From an uncultured bacterium (GTDB taxonomy: Bacteria; Zhuqueibacterota; QNDG01; DSAB01): a DNA stretch of 64,000 nt. The stretch spans positions 11,009 through 75,008 of the forward strand of contig CAZTZL010000004.1 of the NCBI GenBank assembly GCA_964617625.1, given 5' to 3'. The notes beneath the pieces were generated by a model. That model saw only the letters and a program-made list of their open reading frames with translations. It was not told the DNA's origin and made no database searches. The translations under genes and the position numbers were made by a program. The stretch's first letter is position 1. Every line of letters begins with the position of its first letter. Below are positions 18,386 through 27,958 of this stretch, in pieces.

Positions 18386-18400
18386 AGGAACTATTCCTAA
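18386..18400. promoter_or_regulatory. Inverted repeat TAGGAA-cta-TTCCTA immediately upstream of the fur-family gene; candidate autoregulatory operator (or a weak terminator for the symporter)
   Basis: Perfect 6-3-6 inverted repeat, 21 to 35 bp upstream of the start at 18365, inside an 80 bp AT-rich intergenic region. Confidence 0.3.
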
Positions 18401-18445
18401 TATAAATGATTTATTGTGAATGTCAAGTGTTTTCCATTTAGCCGG

Positions 18446-19924
18446 CTATTTATTATTTGTTTTAAAAATCTTTTCCAGGCTCTCCTTGCTCTGTTTTTTG
18501 GTCAGCAGACTGACAACGATAAGCATAAATACAGAAACAATTAATGCAGGATAAATACTTGGAATTCCCCATGGGTCCCCTCCTTTTAACACGCCTGGCC
18601 ACAAAGCTGGTATTAATATTTCTAAAATTAATGCCAGTAATGCTCCTGATAAAATGGAAGCCAGGCCTCCCGCTTTTGTTGCTCTCTTCCAGGCAAGCGC
18701 TGCAATGAGTGCCGGCGTAATCGAAACACCGTACATTGTATAGGCAAAATAACTGTATCTTAATACGGATATTGGTTTTTTTAATATTGTTGGTATAAAT
18801 ATCATTAAAAAAGCACATATCCCCAAAAGAATCACAACAACTTTCTGAATGATAACTAATTGTTTATCTTTTATTTCCTTCTTCCGGAATGCCTGGATAA
18901 TATCTCTGACCACATTCGTACTCGGAGACAATAAATAATTCATTCCTGTTGAAATAACGACGGCACAGGCAGCTGCCAATAAAAGAATTCCGACTGGCGC
19001 AGGAACCATATACCTTGCTGCAACAAGCACCATAGAGGCTGGATCATATCCCTGATTCCAGAATTTCGATGCGGCAAACACGGCAATCACCACAACGACA
19101 GTTTCTACAAAAATTGTTCCGACAATCCACAAAGCAACTGCCTGTTTTGCATCTTTGGGCGTCTTGGCGCTGTAAAACTTCTGATACATCGATTGAACAC
19201 CCATGAGAAGCATCATGGTTGCCAGAAAATATCCGAAAGCTTTTAATGCAGGATGCGCACCGAAATCTTCACTGAATACCTGGAAATGCCCGGCAGGCAG
19301 TGCCTTAACGGCCTGCGACAATCCACCCGCATTGATGATTACAAACGGCGTTGCCAGAATACATGCTGCTACTATTATGATGCCGTTCGGTAGATCCGTA
19401 TAAGCTACCGCCATCATTCCCGCAAGCGCAGTGAAAGTAATTACAAAAAACGCGCTGAGCGCCTGTCCCAATTCGACTGATATTCTCCCATCCGTAATCA
19501 CATTAAGAATATAACCGCCAGCTCTGAACTGATAACTGACAATAGTTACAAATGCAATAATCAATGCGATCGCCCCAAAAACTCTCGCAAATTTTCCGTA
19601 TCGTACTTCTAAAATATCTCCAATAGTGTACTGACCGAATGTTCTTATTTTCCCGGCAAGAAAATATATAATGATGATTCCAACCCATGCTCCTGCAGGC
19701 ATCCAAATCGAACTGAATCCTGCTTTGTAAGCGTATTCCGCACCGGCAATGAATGTTCCGGAACCGATCCATGTGCATATCAAAGTAAAAACCATGACAC
19801 GGATCGATAACGATCGTCCCGCCACCATAAAGTCGTCGTGGCTTTTGACCCGCCTGGATCGAATAATATTGAATGCCATCAGGACAAGGACATAGGCTAA
19901 AATGATATAAAGATACCAGTGCAT
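18446..19924 (-). CDS. Sodium:solute symporter family transporter
   Basis: About 13 TM helices and an SSF signature region (GRSLSIRVMVFTLICTWIGSGTFIAGAEYAY). Confidence 0.85.
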   Translation of the reverse strand: MHWYLYIILAYVLVLMAFNIIRSRRVKSHDDFMVAGRSLSIRVMVFTLICTWIGSGTFIAGAEYAYKAGFSSIWMPAGAWVGIIIIYFLAGKIRTFGQYTIGDILEVRYGKFARVFGAIALIIAFVTIVSYQFRAGGYILNVITDGRISVELGQALSAFFVITFTALAGMMAVAYTDLPNGIIIVAACILATPFVIINAGGLSQAVKALPAGHFQVFSEDFGAHPALKAFGYFLATMMLLMGVQSMYQKFYSAKTPKDAKQAVALWIVGTIFVETVVVVIAVFAASKFWNQGYDPASMVLVAARYMVPAPVGILLLAAACAVVISTGMNYLLSPSTNVVRDIIQAFRKKEIKDKQLVIIQKVVVILLGICAFLMIFIPTILKKPISVLRYSYFAYTMYGVSITPALIAALAWKRATKAGGLASILSGALLALILEILIPALWPGVLKGGDPWGIPSIYPALIVSVFMLIVVSLLTKKQSKESLEKIFKTNNK

Positions 19925-19959
19925 CTTTCCTCCTCTTCTTGCATTATTTTTTTAGATGA

Positions 19960-21144
19960 TCAGTCAATTAAAATGAGTTCTTCCTGTTCTTTCCCCGCAA
20001 CAATGATCTTTTTGTCTAATGTGATAAAGACATCGATCTCCGTCCGGACAGCCATCTCCCCTTCTAAATAAATTCCCGGCTCTATGGAAAAACAAATTCC
20101 GGGAATGAGCTGCCGTTCCTCTTTTGTTTCCAAATTGTCGATGTGAACGCCGTTGCCGTGCACCTCCTCCCCGATGGAATGTCCGGTGCGGTGGATAAAA
20201 TAATTTCCGTACCCTGCATTCTTGATGACATCCCGGCAGGCTTTGTCCACTTCCCATCCATAGCACACTTCATTTTTTTCAAATCGATTTTTGACGAATT
20301 CCAGGGCCGCTTTCCGCGCATCTCTGGCAATTTCGAATATCTTCACATATTTTTCAGGAGGGGAATCGCCTACAAAACCGCACCAGGTAATGTCCGAAAA
20401 AATGGCCCCTGGTTGATTCAGCTTGGCCCAGAGATCAATTAAAACCATATCCTCTTTTTTAATGACATAGGCATTCTCCTTCGTCGGTTCGAAATGGGGA
20501 TTGGCGGGATGACCATTCACGCCTACAATCGGCCACTCATTCATACAGGTCAATTTTTGCTCTTCGAATCGTCTGACAATAAACTGCTGAATATCGTATT
20601 CTGTGATTTTTCGATTCTCTCGTATTGCTTTTCCGATTTCCTGAAATGCTTCATCTTTAATTTGATAGATTTTCTTACTTGCTTCAATATGGGACTGATA
20701 TCCCGCTTCATCGATGACTGCTTCGAATATCTGCACCAGATCCGCTGACGAGACAATCTCATATCCAAATTTTTTAATAAGCTCTATCGTACCGCCATCA
20801 ACCATGGAAACATAAGGAATGTTGTTCAACGGGGAATACTGCATGGCAATCTTTTTGGGTACGGGACCGAGTATCTGCTTCAATGACGAATGAAGTTCTT
20901 CCCAGGCCAGATAGAACTGTTTCCTTCCGGGAAGTGCATCCAATTTCGTAGGCTCTACTTTATGAATTAGACGAACGGGCTCCCCTTCAGCCGGTATATA
21001 ATAGAACCACCTCCGGCTGGTGAATTTACCGAAATCCATGCCCAGAATCCGATATGCAATCGGATCCCGGTTGTGAAAATCGTAAAAAAGCCATCCGTCG
21101 AACCCGGATGCTCTGATCGCTTCTTGAATTTTATGAAGTTTCAT
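19960..21144 (-). CDS. M24-family metallopeptidase (Xaa-Pro aminopeptidase / prolidase-like)
   Basis: Creatinase-like N-terminal domain plus a pita-bread catalytic domain carrying HRTGHSIG and E..E metal ligands. Confidence 0.85.
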   Translation of the reverse strand: MKLHKIQEAIRASGFDGWLFYDFHNRDPIAYRILGMDFGKFTSRRWFYYIPAEGEPVRLIHKVEPTKLDALPGRKQFYLAWEELHSSLKQILGPVPKKIAMQYSPLNNIPYVSMVDGGTIELIKKFGYEIVSSADLVQIFEAVIDEAGYQSHIEASKKIYQIKDEAFQEIGKAIRENRKITEYDIQQFIVRRFEEQKLTCMNEWPIVGVNGHPANPHFEPTKENAYVIKKEDMVLIDLWAKLNQPGAIFSDITWCGFVGDSPPEKYVKIFEIARDARKAALEFVKNRFEKNEVCYGWEVDKACRDVIKNAGYGNYFIHRTGHSIGEEVHGNGVHIDNLETKEERQLIPGICFSIEPGIYLEGEMAVRTEIDVFITLDKKIIVAGKEQEELILID

Positions 21145-21173
21145 TATCGTTCTCCCGTTTATTTTGTGAAAAT

Positions 21174-23210
21174 TTATTCTCGAAATAATTCAAAAATCCA
21201 TTCCGGAGGAATGAGTTGTTTCAGACTTATCTTGTACGCATCCGGAAGCAAATCGAGCCCGACCTGATACGAAGCATTCATCCATCCGAATCCTTCTCTG
21301 GCGATATAATCGAACTCGCTTCCCACATTGCCGTATTCGGCAAATACTTCGTGGGAACGCTTCACCACATCGAACTTTTCCGGAATCATGCCGTTATAAT
21401 CCGCTGCATTTCTCAGGATCGTATAGAGCCACTTGTAAATCAAACGCTTGTCAATTGAATCAAATCCGTAATTGATCAGCCCCTGCCAGATCAACATCTG
21501 ATGGGGCGCCCATCCGTACGGATAATCCCACTGCCTCTGCGGCCGATCTTTGGATAATTTCCCCCGCGATGCTTCGGCAGAAGCGGCCACACCACCCGCC
21601 ATTTCCAGTGATTTCAATGCGATGGAAACTAATTTTTCAGCCTGATATTTTGTTAATATCCGTGTTGTTGAATTATCGGGATCACAGGCCCAGAGCGGAT
21701 AGAGGGCCGTTGCACTAATGTACGGATGCTGCCTTTTATGGATAAAATCGTAATCGAAAAACAAATGTTTGTCTTCATTCCACAAATAGCGCAGCATTCT
21801 CTTTTTTCTCTTTTCAGCCCGTTCAAACCATTCATAACTGATTTCGACTGTGCCGTTATCTTGAACAAACCGGTCTTGAAAAACATCACGGATCGTTGAG
21901 CCAATATCGATTTCGATTTTGTAAAGAAGTGCATTCAGATCCACGGTCACAAAATCCGCGCACCAGTTGCCGTTGAGATCCCATCGGTAGGTCGTATCGT
22001 GACCCGATTCCCGGACGCTTCGGTCATTCACAAAAAATATGTCCAGTTCGGGAACTTTAATCAAACCGTTCCGAAATTGCCGTTCGAATTCACGGATATC
22101 AAGTCCCATCCGATTCGCAAAAGAACGGTAAATCACATCAAAATGTCCCTGTTCCACTTCAACGGGTGGACCAATCCCGCTGCCAAAATAACGGCTCAAT
22201 CCGGTCCAGGTCAATCGATCCGGCCCCATCCACACGTACCAGTATTCCTGGATGGCTGCCTGAATCACTTTTTTTAACCATTTATTTGTTTCCACATTTT
22301 TGGACAATCTATCGTAAACGGCCAATGCCATCGAAGTCAAAAACGGTGGCTGGGATCGCGTCAGATAGTAAGTTCGATTCGCATTGAGGATTTTTCCGTA
22401 ATGCTGAATTTCATACACGAAATGATCCACCATGTCCCTGGCCAGTTTGATGCGGTTATCCTGAATCAATCCCAAAACGATGAAATAACTGTCCCATCCG
22501 TACATCTCATTGAATCGGCCTCCGGGGACCACATAGGGCAATGGCACGGGTTCTCCATTCGCATTGACATCGAGAGCAAGGGACAACAATCCATGCTTGC
22601 CTTCCAGTCCATTCACATATTCCGGTGTAATCTCTTTAGGTAGTCGAACCACTGTGAATGGTTTCTCTGGATGATTTTTTGCCATATCCGAATAATAATG
22701 CAACGCCAGTGAATCTGAATGGGGCACATACAAATAAAAAACCGAATCCGATTTTACTTTCTCATCAGCCAAAACCTGATCGATATGTTCGCTATCAATC
22801 CGTCTTGTCAATCCGTCCCAGTAATAATCCCGGATCATTCGAGATGTACGATACATCGGATTTTCAAATATTTTATCGGAATGAATAAAAGCAGTATCCA
22901 GACCAGTCTGTTTGTCGAGCCACAATTCCTGAAGCAGATTGGAAAGAAAATAAGTGCCGACGATTTCAAATTGTCTGTGATCGATCGATTCGAGAAAAAA
23001 AAGTCCGTCTCCGTTCGGTGTTTTTTTTCCGCAAAGATCCTTCACCGTGATTGTAGTGTCCCCGTCCGTATCTTCTTCCTGCAGCAAATTTTCCATATTT
23101 TTTCGAACATCGGCCTTGACAGAAATCTCCCGCCCGGATATGGAACGGCCATATCCAAAAATCACAAACAGAATCATGATGAGGAAAAAATGGTTAAATC
23201 GGTAATTCAT
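21174..23210 (-). CDS. treA: Alpha,alpha-trehalase (GH37) with an N-terminal calcium-binding domain, secreted
   Basis: Trehalase signature 1 PGGRFNEMYGWDSYF and signature 2 QWDYPYGWAP. The N-terminal EEDTDGDTTITVKD segment resembles an EF-hand-like trehalase calcium-binding motif. A signal peptide is present. Confidence 0.9.
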   Translation of the reverse strand: MNYRFNHFFLIMILFVIFGYGRSISGREISVKADVRKNMENLLQEEDTDGDTTITVKDLCGKKTPNGDGLFFLESIDHRQFEIVGTYFLSNLLQELWLDKQTGLDTAFIHSDKIFENPMYRTSRMIRDYYWDGLTRRIDSEHIDQVLADEKVKSDSVFYLYVPHSDSLALHYYSDMAKNHPEKPFTVVRLPKEITPEYVNGLEGKHGLLSLALDVNANGEPVPLPYVVPGGRFNEMYGWDSYFIVLGLIQDNRIKLARDMVDHFVYEIQHYGKILNANRTYYLTRSQPPFLTSMALAVYDRLSKNVETNKWLKKVIQAAIQEYWYVWMGPDRLTWTGLSRYFGSGIGPPVEVEQGHFDVIYRSFANRMGLDIREFERQFRNGLIKVPELDIFFVNDRSVRESGHDTTYRWDLNGNWCADFVTVDLNALLYKIEIDIGSTIRDVFQDRFVQDNGTVEISYEWFERAEKRKKRMLRYLWNEDKHLFFDYDFIHKRQHPYISATALYPLWACDPDNSTTRILTKYQAEKLVSIALKSLEMAGGVAASAEASRGKLSKDRPQRQWDYPYGWAPHQMLIWQGLINYGFDSIDKRLIYKWLYTILRNAADYNGMIPEKFDVVKRSHEVFAEYGNVGSEFDYIAREGFGWMNASYQVGLDLLPDAYKISLKQLIPPEWIFELFRE

Positions 23211-23256
23211 TGTTTATCAAAGAATATTTGGTTTACAATTCAACAATAAAAGAAGA

Positions 23257-24714
23257 CTACTTCACACTTAACAATTTCTTTTTTAATAATGTTTTCTCTT
23301 CTACAGTTAAAAAACGGAACATCCACAGCAACGGAAAATAACCTATGGTTAGAATAATTCGGATTGTCAAATGACTATCAAGGTGGAACCACTGGTTACT
23401 AAAAAATACAAGAGTGGAAACAAAAATAATTTTAAGTATTCTTGTTAATTCATAACGAATCGGATAAAGATGCTGATTCACAATATAAAGAACAGCCGCC
23501 ATCACAAAATAAGCTAAAAATGTGGCCCAGGCTGCTCCCATAATATCAAAACGGGGTACCAGAAGAAAATTCATCAGAACACAGACCACAGCGCCGGCCC
23601 CTGTAGCAATCGGAAGATAGAACGTTTTCTTTTTTAAATAAATTCCGACAATGAAATGAATGTACAGACCATAAAAAATATACGCAAGTAAAACAATAGG
23701 AACAATCGACAGACCGACGGTAAATCCTTCCCCGAACAGTCTTATTCCAAACAGCTGAATATGAGCGATTTCACTGATAAAAAGTGAAATAACAATGAAA
23801 ACCCAACCTGTCACCACAAGAAAGTAAGTGAGCACACGGGCAAAAATCTGCTGTGCATTTTTTTCCTTGGATGTGGCCAGGAAAAAGGGATGCCAGGCAA
23901 AACGAAACGCCGCCACGATCAGCGCCATGAACATGCCTAGTTTGTAACTGGCACTGAAAAGTCCTGTCGCCTCCTTGCCGATCATCCGGTCTAAGAAAAA
24001 CCGGCCGATTTGATCCATTACCAGAAGCGCAAGGCCTGCCGGAATATAAGGCAGACCGAATTGCAGGGATTCAATGAGTCTAAATTTTTTAAATTGAAAA
24101 CGCAGCCACCTCAAAATAACCGGCAGAAGAATAATTAAAGTAGCGACGGAGGCATATAAATTCGCCCAAAAAATCCCATATACTCCACGGCGCAAATGAA
24201 TAACGAACAGAATATTCAGTCCAAGATTAAGGCCGATATTGAGAAATTTAAAAACGACAAATTGAACCGACTTTTCTTCGCACCGAAGTACAAGAAAGGG
24301 AATCAGTGCCAGGGCATCGGCCAACAGAATTCCACCGGCCAGACGGATCAACTGAACATAATGAACGGAGCGGAAGATGATATCCGAAAAAGTCTCCGGG
24401 AATAAAAACAGAACGGCCGAAAAACAGAAACCGGCTGCCAATACGGTCCAAAAAATAGTGCTGAATATGTTTTTTTTTCCATTCCTGTCTTCTTCAAGGA
24501 TAAAAAATCGAAGAAAAGACACATCCATGCCGAAAGTAAAAATAATATTCAAAATCGCAAGAGAAGAAAACAAAAGCGCTGCGGTTCCGTATTCTTCCGG
24601 AGAAAGATAATTGGTATGAATCGGCAGGAGAAGAAACCCGATAAATCGGCTGAGAATATGGCCGATGCCGTAAACAATGGAATGTTTGGTCAGCCTTTTA
24701 ATATTGTGCAGCAT
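23257..24714 (-). CDS. Polysaccharide biosynthesis / oligosaccharide flippase (Wzx/MOP superfamily)
   Basis: 485 aa with about 14 TM helices and a polysacc_synt-like topology. Confidence 0.65.
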   Translation of the reverse strand: MLHNIKRLTKHSIVYGIGHILSRFIGFLLLPIHTNYLSPEEYGTAALLFSSLAILNIIFTFGMDVSFLRFFILEEDRNGKKNIFSTIFWTVLAAGFCFSAVLFLFPETFSDIIFRSVHYVQLIRLAGGILLADALALIPFLVLRCEEKSVQFVVFKFLNIGLNLGLNILFVIHLRRGVYGIFWANLYASVATLIILLPVILRWLRFQFKKFRLIESLQFGLPYIPAGLALLVMDQIGRFFLDRMIGKEATGLFSASYKLGMFMALIVAAFRFAWHPFFLATSKEKNAQQIFARVLTYFLVVTGWVFIVISLFISEIAHIQLFGIRLFGEGFTVGLSIVPIVLLAYIFYGLYIHFIVGIYLKKKTFYLPIATGAGAVVCVLMNFLLVPRFDIMGAAWATFLAYFVMAAVLYIVNQHLYPIRYELTRILKIIFVSTLVFFSNQWFHLDSHLTIRIILTIGYFPLLWMFRFLTVEEKTLLKKKLLSVK

Positions 24715-24776
24715 AGAGATTTCACTTGTTCTTTATTATCATCAAACGTAAATAAAAAAGTTATAAATCGTTTGAT

Positions 24777-25388
24777 CTATCGCATTTTATTCTTCACTAC
24801 AGATTTATAGGTAAAATGAATTCGTTTATCGGATAAATCCCACATGGATGTTTCCTTTTCGACAAGTTCAGGATGTCTTTTAGAAATATCCCGTAATGAA
24901 TTACCTACCGATTTTCTAAGATAGTCACTCTCATTTGCCTTGTGCTGGCTAATCAATTGAATTGCAATTTCCGGATTGATCTTGAAATATGGCCGGCTTG
25001 TCCAAATTCGCAATCCCTCTGTGACTGCCCGGCAAACATTCGGATTGCTGTCTTTTAACCAATCGATGATTACCGGCAATGAATTTTCATAGCCGTTGTC
25101 TTTGCAAAATTGATCGAAGGATTTGGCCAATATCTCCTGAACCTGCCAGCTTGGGTCTGCAGCGATTGTTGTCCTCAAAATTTTCAAAACACTCAAATCC
25201 GCAAAAGCACAGAATCCCAGTAAAAAAACAGCCAGACAACGAACCTGGTATACCTCATTCTCCAATAACTCAGTCGCCAATCTTATATTATCCTTGATCG
25301 AATGTGAATCAAACCACTTTTTTGCTTCGAACTCAATCGGCTTGAAACCATTCTCAATTTTTGATATTTTGTCGATTATCTCTTGCAT
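24777..25388 (-). CDS. DNA alkylation repair protein (AlkD-like HEAT-repeat glycosylase family)
   Basis: All-helical HEAT-like repeats. The N-terminal IDKISKIENGFKPIE and W...Q residues resemble the AlkC/AlkD family. Confidence 0.6.
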   Translation of the reverse strand: MQEIIDKISKIENGFKPIEFEAKKWFDSHSIKDNIRLATELLENEVYQVRCLAVFLLGFCAFADLSVLKILRTTIAADPSWQVQEILAKSFDQFCKDNGYENSLPVIIDWLKDSNPNVCRAVTEGLRIWTSRPYFKINPEIAIQLISQHKANESDYLRKSVGNSLRDISKRHPELVEKETSMWDLSDKRIHFTYKSVVKNKMR

Positions 25389-25502
25389 TTTTATTGCTTT
25401 TACACTTGCAGTCAGCAGATGAACAAAATCAGAATCTATCTTAATCCGTTGTGCATAATATAAATATCATTGATTGTGATTCTTTGTAAATAAAAGAAAA
25501 AC

Positions 25503-25584
25503 TGTCATTTCGACCGGAGGGAAAAATCTAATAGCTATGTATTAAAGGATTTCTCATCCCGAAGTATCGGGATTCGAAATGACA
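25503..25584 (-). other. Nested inverted-repeat structured element (an 11 bp outer stem enclosing a 7 bp inner hairpin); a compound terminator or a structured RNA
   Basis: tgtcatttcga (25503-25513) pairs perfectly with tcgaaatgaca (25574-25584). The inner hairpin is atcccga-agta-tcgggat (25556-25573). On the minus strand the element is followed by GTTTTTCTTTTATTT. It lies between the S8 peptidase stop and the AlkD-like gene start. Confidence 0.35.
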
Positions 25585-25645
25585 TGTTCACAGACATTTA
25601 CAAATATTTTCATTAATGCCTTCAGTTTTAATTATACACAACGGG

Positions 25646-27958
25646 TCATCTTAATAAAATCATTTTACGGCTGTATGAACCAGGTCCGATTTCTAATCGA
25701 TAGATATAAATACCAGAGGAACAAATACGGCTGTTTGAATCCTGACCTGACCATTCCACCCTGTACTGCCCCGGAGCTTGCACTTCCTTTTCAATTTTTT
25801 GAACCACACGTCCCTGGATGTCATAGATTTGAATGACTGCTTTTCTGTTTAAACGTCCTGTTTTTTCAGGGACATTGAATCGAATAACCGTTGTTTGATT
25901 GAATGGATTGGGATAATTTTGCCACAGATCAAACGATTCCGGGATAAATTCACTCGCTTCTTCTTCTTCAACATCAGTTTTTAAAACCGCACGGTAGATA
26001 TCGAGTTTGCCGTATCCCCACTGATCATCCCAGTAATATTGCTCGCCGGCGTGCCCGGTATTCGCATCTCTTTTTGCGGATGAGATAATCCAGTTTTTAA
26101 CGATTGAAATCGATGTATCCGGAAAAGACTCAAAAAGAAGCGCCACTGCACCAGTCACATGAGGCGCAGCCATGCTCGTTCCATGCAATGCCCAGTGGAC
26201 GCTGTCCGTGGCAATATATTGATTACCAGGCCATGATGTCTGATCCGACAAAGAAGATAGAATGTATTCTCCCGGTGCGGTAATTTCCGGTTTACTGGGA
26301 GGATTCGATTGGGTGGAATTAGGACGTGTCGGACCCTGGCTGGAAAATGAAGAACGCTGTCCTGCAGTAAGCCCGCCGGGACCCCATGGATTTTGAGACA
26401 GACTCGGCCAATTGATGCGCGAGACATAGGATCCAACTGTAAGAACGCGATTCGCATTTCCGGGCTCTGCGATGAGTGTCGAATAATCCACGCCCTGTGT
26501 GATTCTGGCCGTAACGGATCTATCATACATCCATCCGTCAAAACGTCCCCACTTGCCTACAAAGATCAGCTTCCAGATACCTGTCTCGAAATTCTGGATC
26601 GCACCGCCGTTCTGGGTATCGGATAAATGGATATAAATTTCTTTATCACCATTGGAATGCTCGGTATCTTCATCATCGTTTTGCACATGAATCATGGGCA
26701 TTCCGGCCTGCGGCCAAAAAAGAATCTCCCCTGCATCGACCGTATCGAGACGCGTGTGACTTGGCGTTTCAACAATCAATTTCAAACCCAGTGCGGAAGT
26801 GTACCAGATATCGAAATAGAGATCGTTCCTTGTTTCCGATTCATTGGTTTCGACTTCGAATTCAATGACAACCGAATCCCATACCGTCGAATACATTTCT
26901 CCTTTAAAATGGATCGGATCATCCCCTTCGTTGCCGGCCGCCGTGACAATGGCCCGTCCATCTTCATTCAAGAAATTGGTTAAGCTTCTTTCGTACAAAC
27001 TCGTCCCGTCGTGAGACCCGTGATGCGTTCCTCCGACGCTCAGATTGATTGCCACCGGACGAGATGGATCAAATGCTTCCGCTTTTTGAAAAATATAGTT
27101 GATGCCGTCAACAATACGATCATTGTCATAAACACCATCCCCACCCTTAACGATAATCAGATCCGCTCTGGGAGCTACGCCGACATAAACCTCAGAAGGT
27201 TTGTCATTGCCTGCCCCCCTGCCGTTCCCCGCAGCAATTCCGGCAACGTGTGTGCCGTGTCCCGTCCTGTCCCTGCCCTGGACCAATCCTGCGGGCGTAC
27301 CGTCGATTTCGTTATTGATCTGTTCCTGCGTGTATTCAGTGCCGTATCCAAAAGATGTCGTTCCGGTGTCTGTATTATCAGTCTGGTCCCAAAGAAAGAG
27401 AATTCTCGAATCATTCGAGTTATCGATAAAATCGGGATGGGTCCAGTCGATCCCCGAATCATAAATCCCAATAATGACGCCTTCTCCCTGCCGGGGAACA
27501 CCCAAATAGCCGGCCCAAACAGAATCCGCGCCAATTTCGTGAATACTGACATCCAGAGCAGCCTTGCACCTTGAGACCGATTCGATCCGAATCACAGAAG
27601 GCAACGCCGCAACTGTCCACAATTGAACCGGTGTTAATGTTGCTGTGACCACATCTCCAATTTCAGAATGAGTCCGGACACCGGCTGATTTCAGTTCTGC
27701 AATATCGGTCGTCTGAATAAACACATCAATATAAATCCGGTTCCCCTCTTCTTTAAGATCCGGATTATAAAACTGTTCAGGATATTTTTCGGACAATGTG
27801 ACCAGTTCGCTTAAAACAGGATCAAGTTTTTGAAACAAATACCGCTCTTGGCCATATCCATCATTCAAACTGAAAATGAAAACAGCGAATAATAAAAACC
27901 GGTATTGTTTTTTTCTCACCTGCTTCATAATCCTCTCAATCGATTCTGCTCTGTTCAC
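25646..27958 (-). CDS. S8-family subtilisin-like serine peptidase with a T9SS C-terminal sorting domain
   Basis: Catalytic triad motifs D(YDSGID), HGTHVAG and GTSMAAPHV. The C-terminal LWQNYPNPFN...IYDIQGR...GIYIYR is the Por secretion tail. The likely true start is the Met at 27928 (MKQVRKK... signal peptide), which removes the apparent overlap with xerD. Confidence 0.85.
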   Translation of the reverse strand: MNRAESIERIMKQVRKKQYRFLLFAVFIFSLNDGYGQERYLFQKLDPVLSELVTLSEKYPEQFYNPDLKEEGNRIYIDVFIQTTDIAELKSAGVRTHSEIGDVVTATLTPVQLWTVAALPSVIRIESVSRCKAALDVSIHEIGADSVWAGYLGVPRQGEGVIIGIYDSGIDWTHPDFIDNSNDSRILFLWDQTDNTDTGTTSFGYGTEYTQEQINNEIDGTPAGLVQGRDRTGHGTHVAGIAAGNGRGAGNDKPSEVYVGVAPRADLIIVKGGDGVYDNDRIVDGINYIFQKAEAFDPSRPVAINLSVGGTHHGSHDGTSLYERSLTNFLNEDGRAIVTAAGNEGDDPIHFKGEMYSTVWDSVVIEFEVETNESETRNDLYFDIWYTSALGLKLIVETPSHTRLDTVDAGEILFWPQAGMPMIHVQNDDEDTEHSNGDKEIYIHLSDTQNGGAIQNFETGIWKLIFVGKWGRFDGWMYDRSVTARITQGVDYSTLIAEPGNANRVLTVGSYVSRINWPSLSQNPWGPGGLTAGQRSSFSSQGPTRPNSTQSNPPSKPEITAPGEYILSSLSDQTSWPGNQYIATDSVHWALHGTSMAAPHVTGAVALLFESFPDTSISIVKNWIISSAKRDANTGHAGEQYYWDDQWGYGKLDIYRAVLKTDVEEEEASEFIPESFDLWQNYPNPFNQTTVIRFNVPEKTGRLNRKAVIQIYDIQGRVVQKIEKEVQAPGQYRVEWSGQDSNSRICSSGIYIYRLEIGPGSYSRKMILLR

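Noticed and set aside
24740-24775. 8 bp inverted repeat atcaaacg ... cgtttgat immediately after the AlkD-like stop
   Set aside because: The arms are short, the loop is 20 nt of A/T, and there is no U-tract. It cannot be distinguished from chance in AT-rich DNA, and at best it is a weak terminator.
25503-25584. Possible tRNA in the nested inverted-repeat element
   Set aside because: The 11 bp terminal pairing and the single internal hairpin do not fit a cloverleaf. There are no D or anticodon arms, and no GTTC T-loop in the right place.
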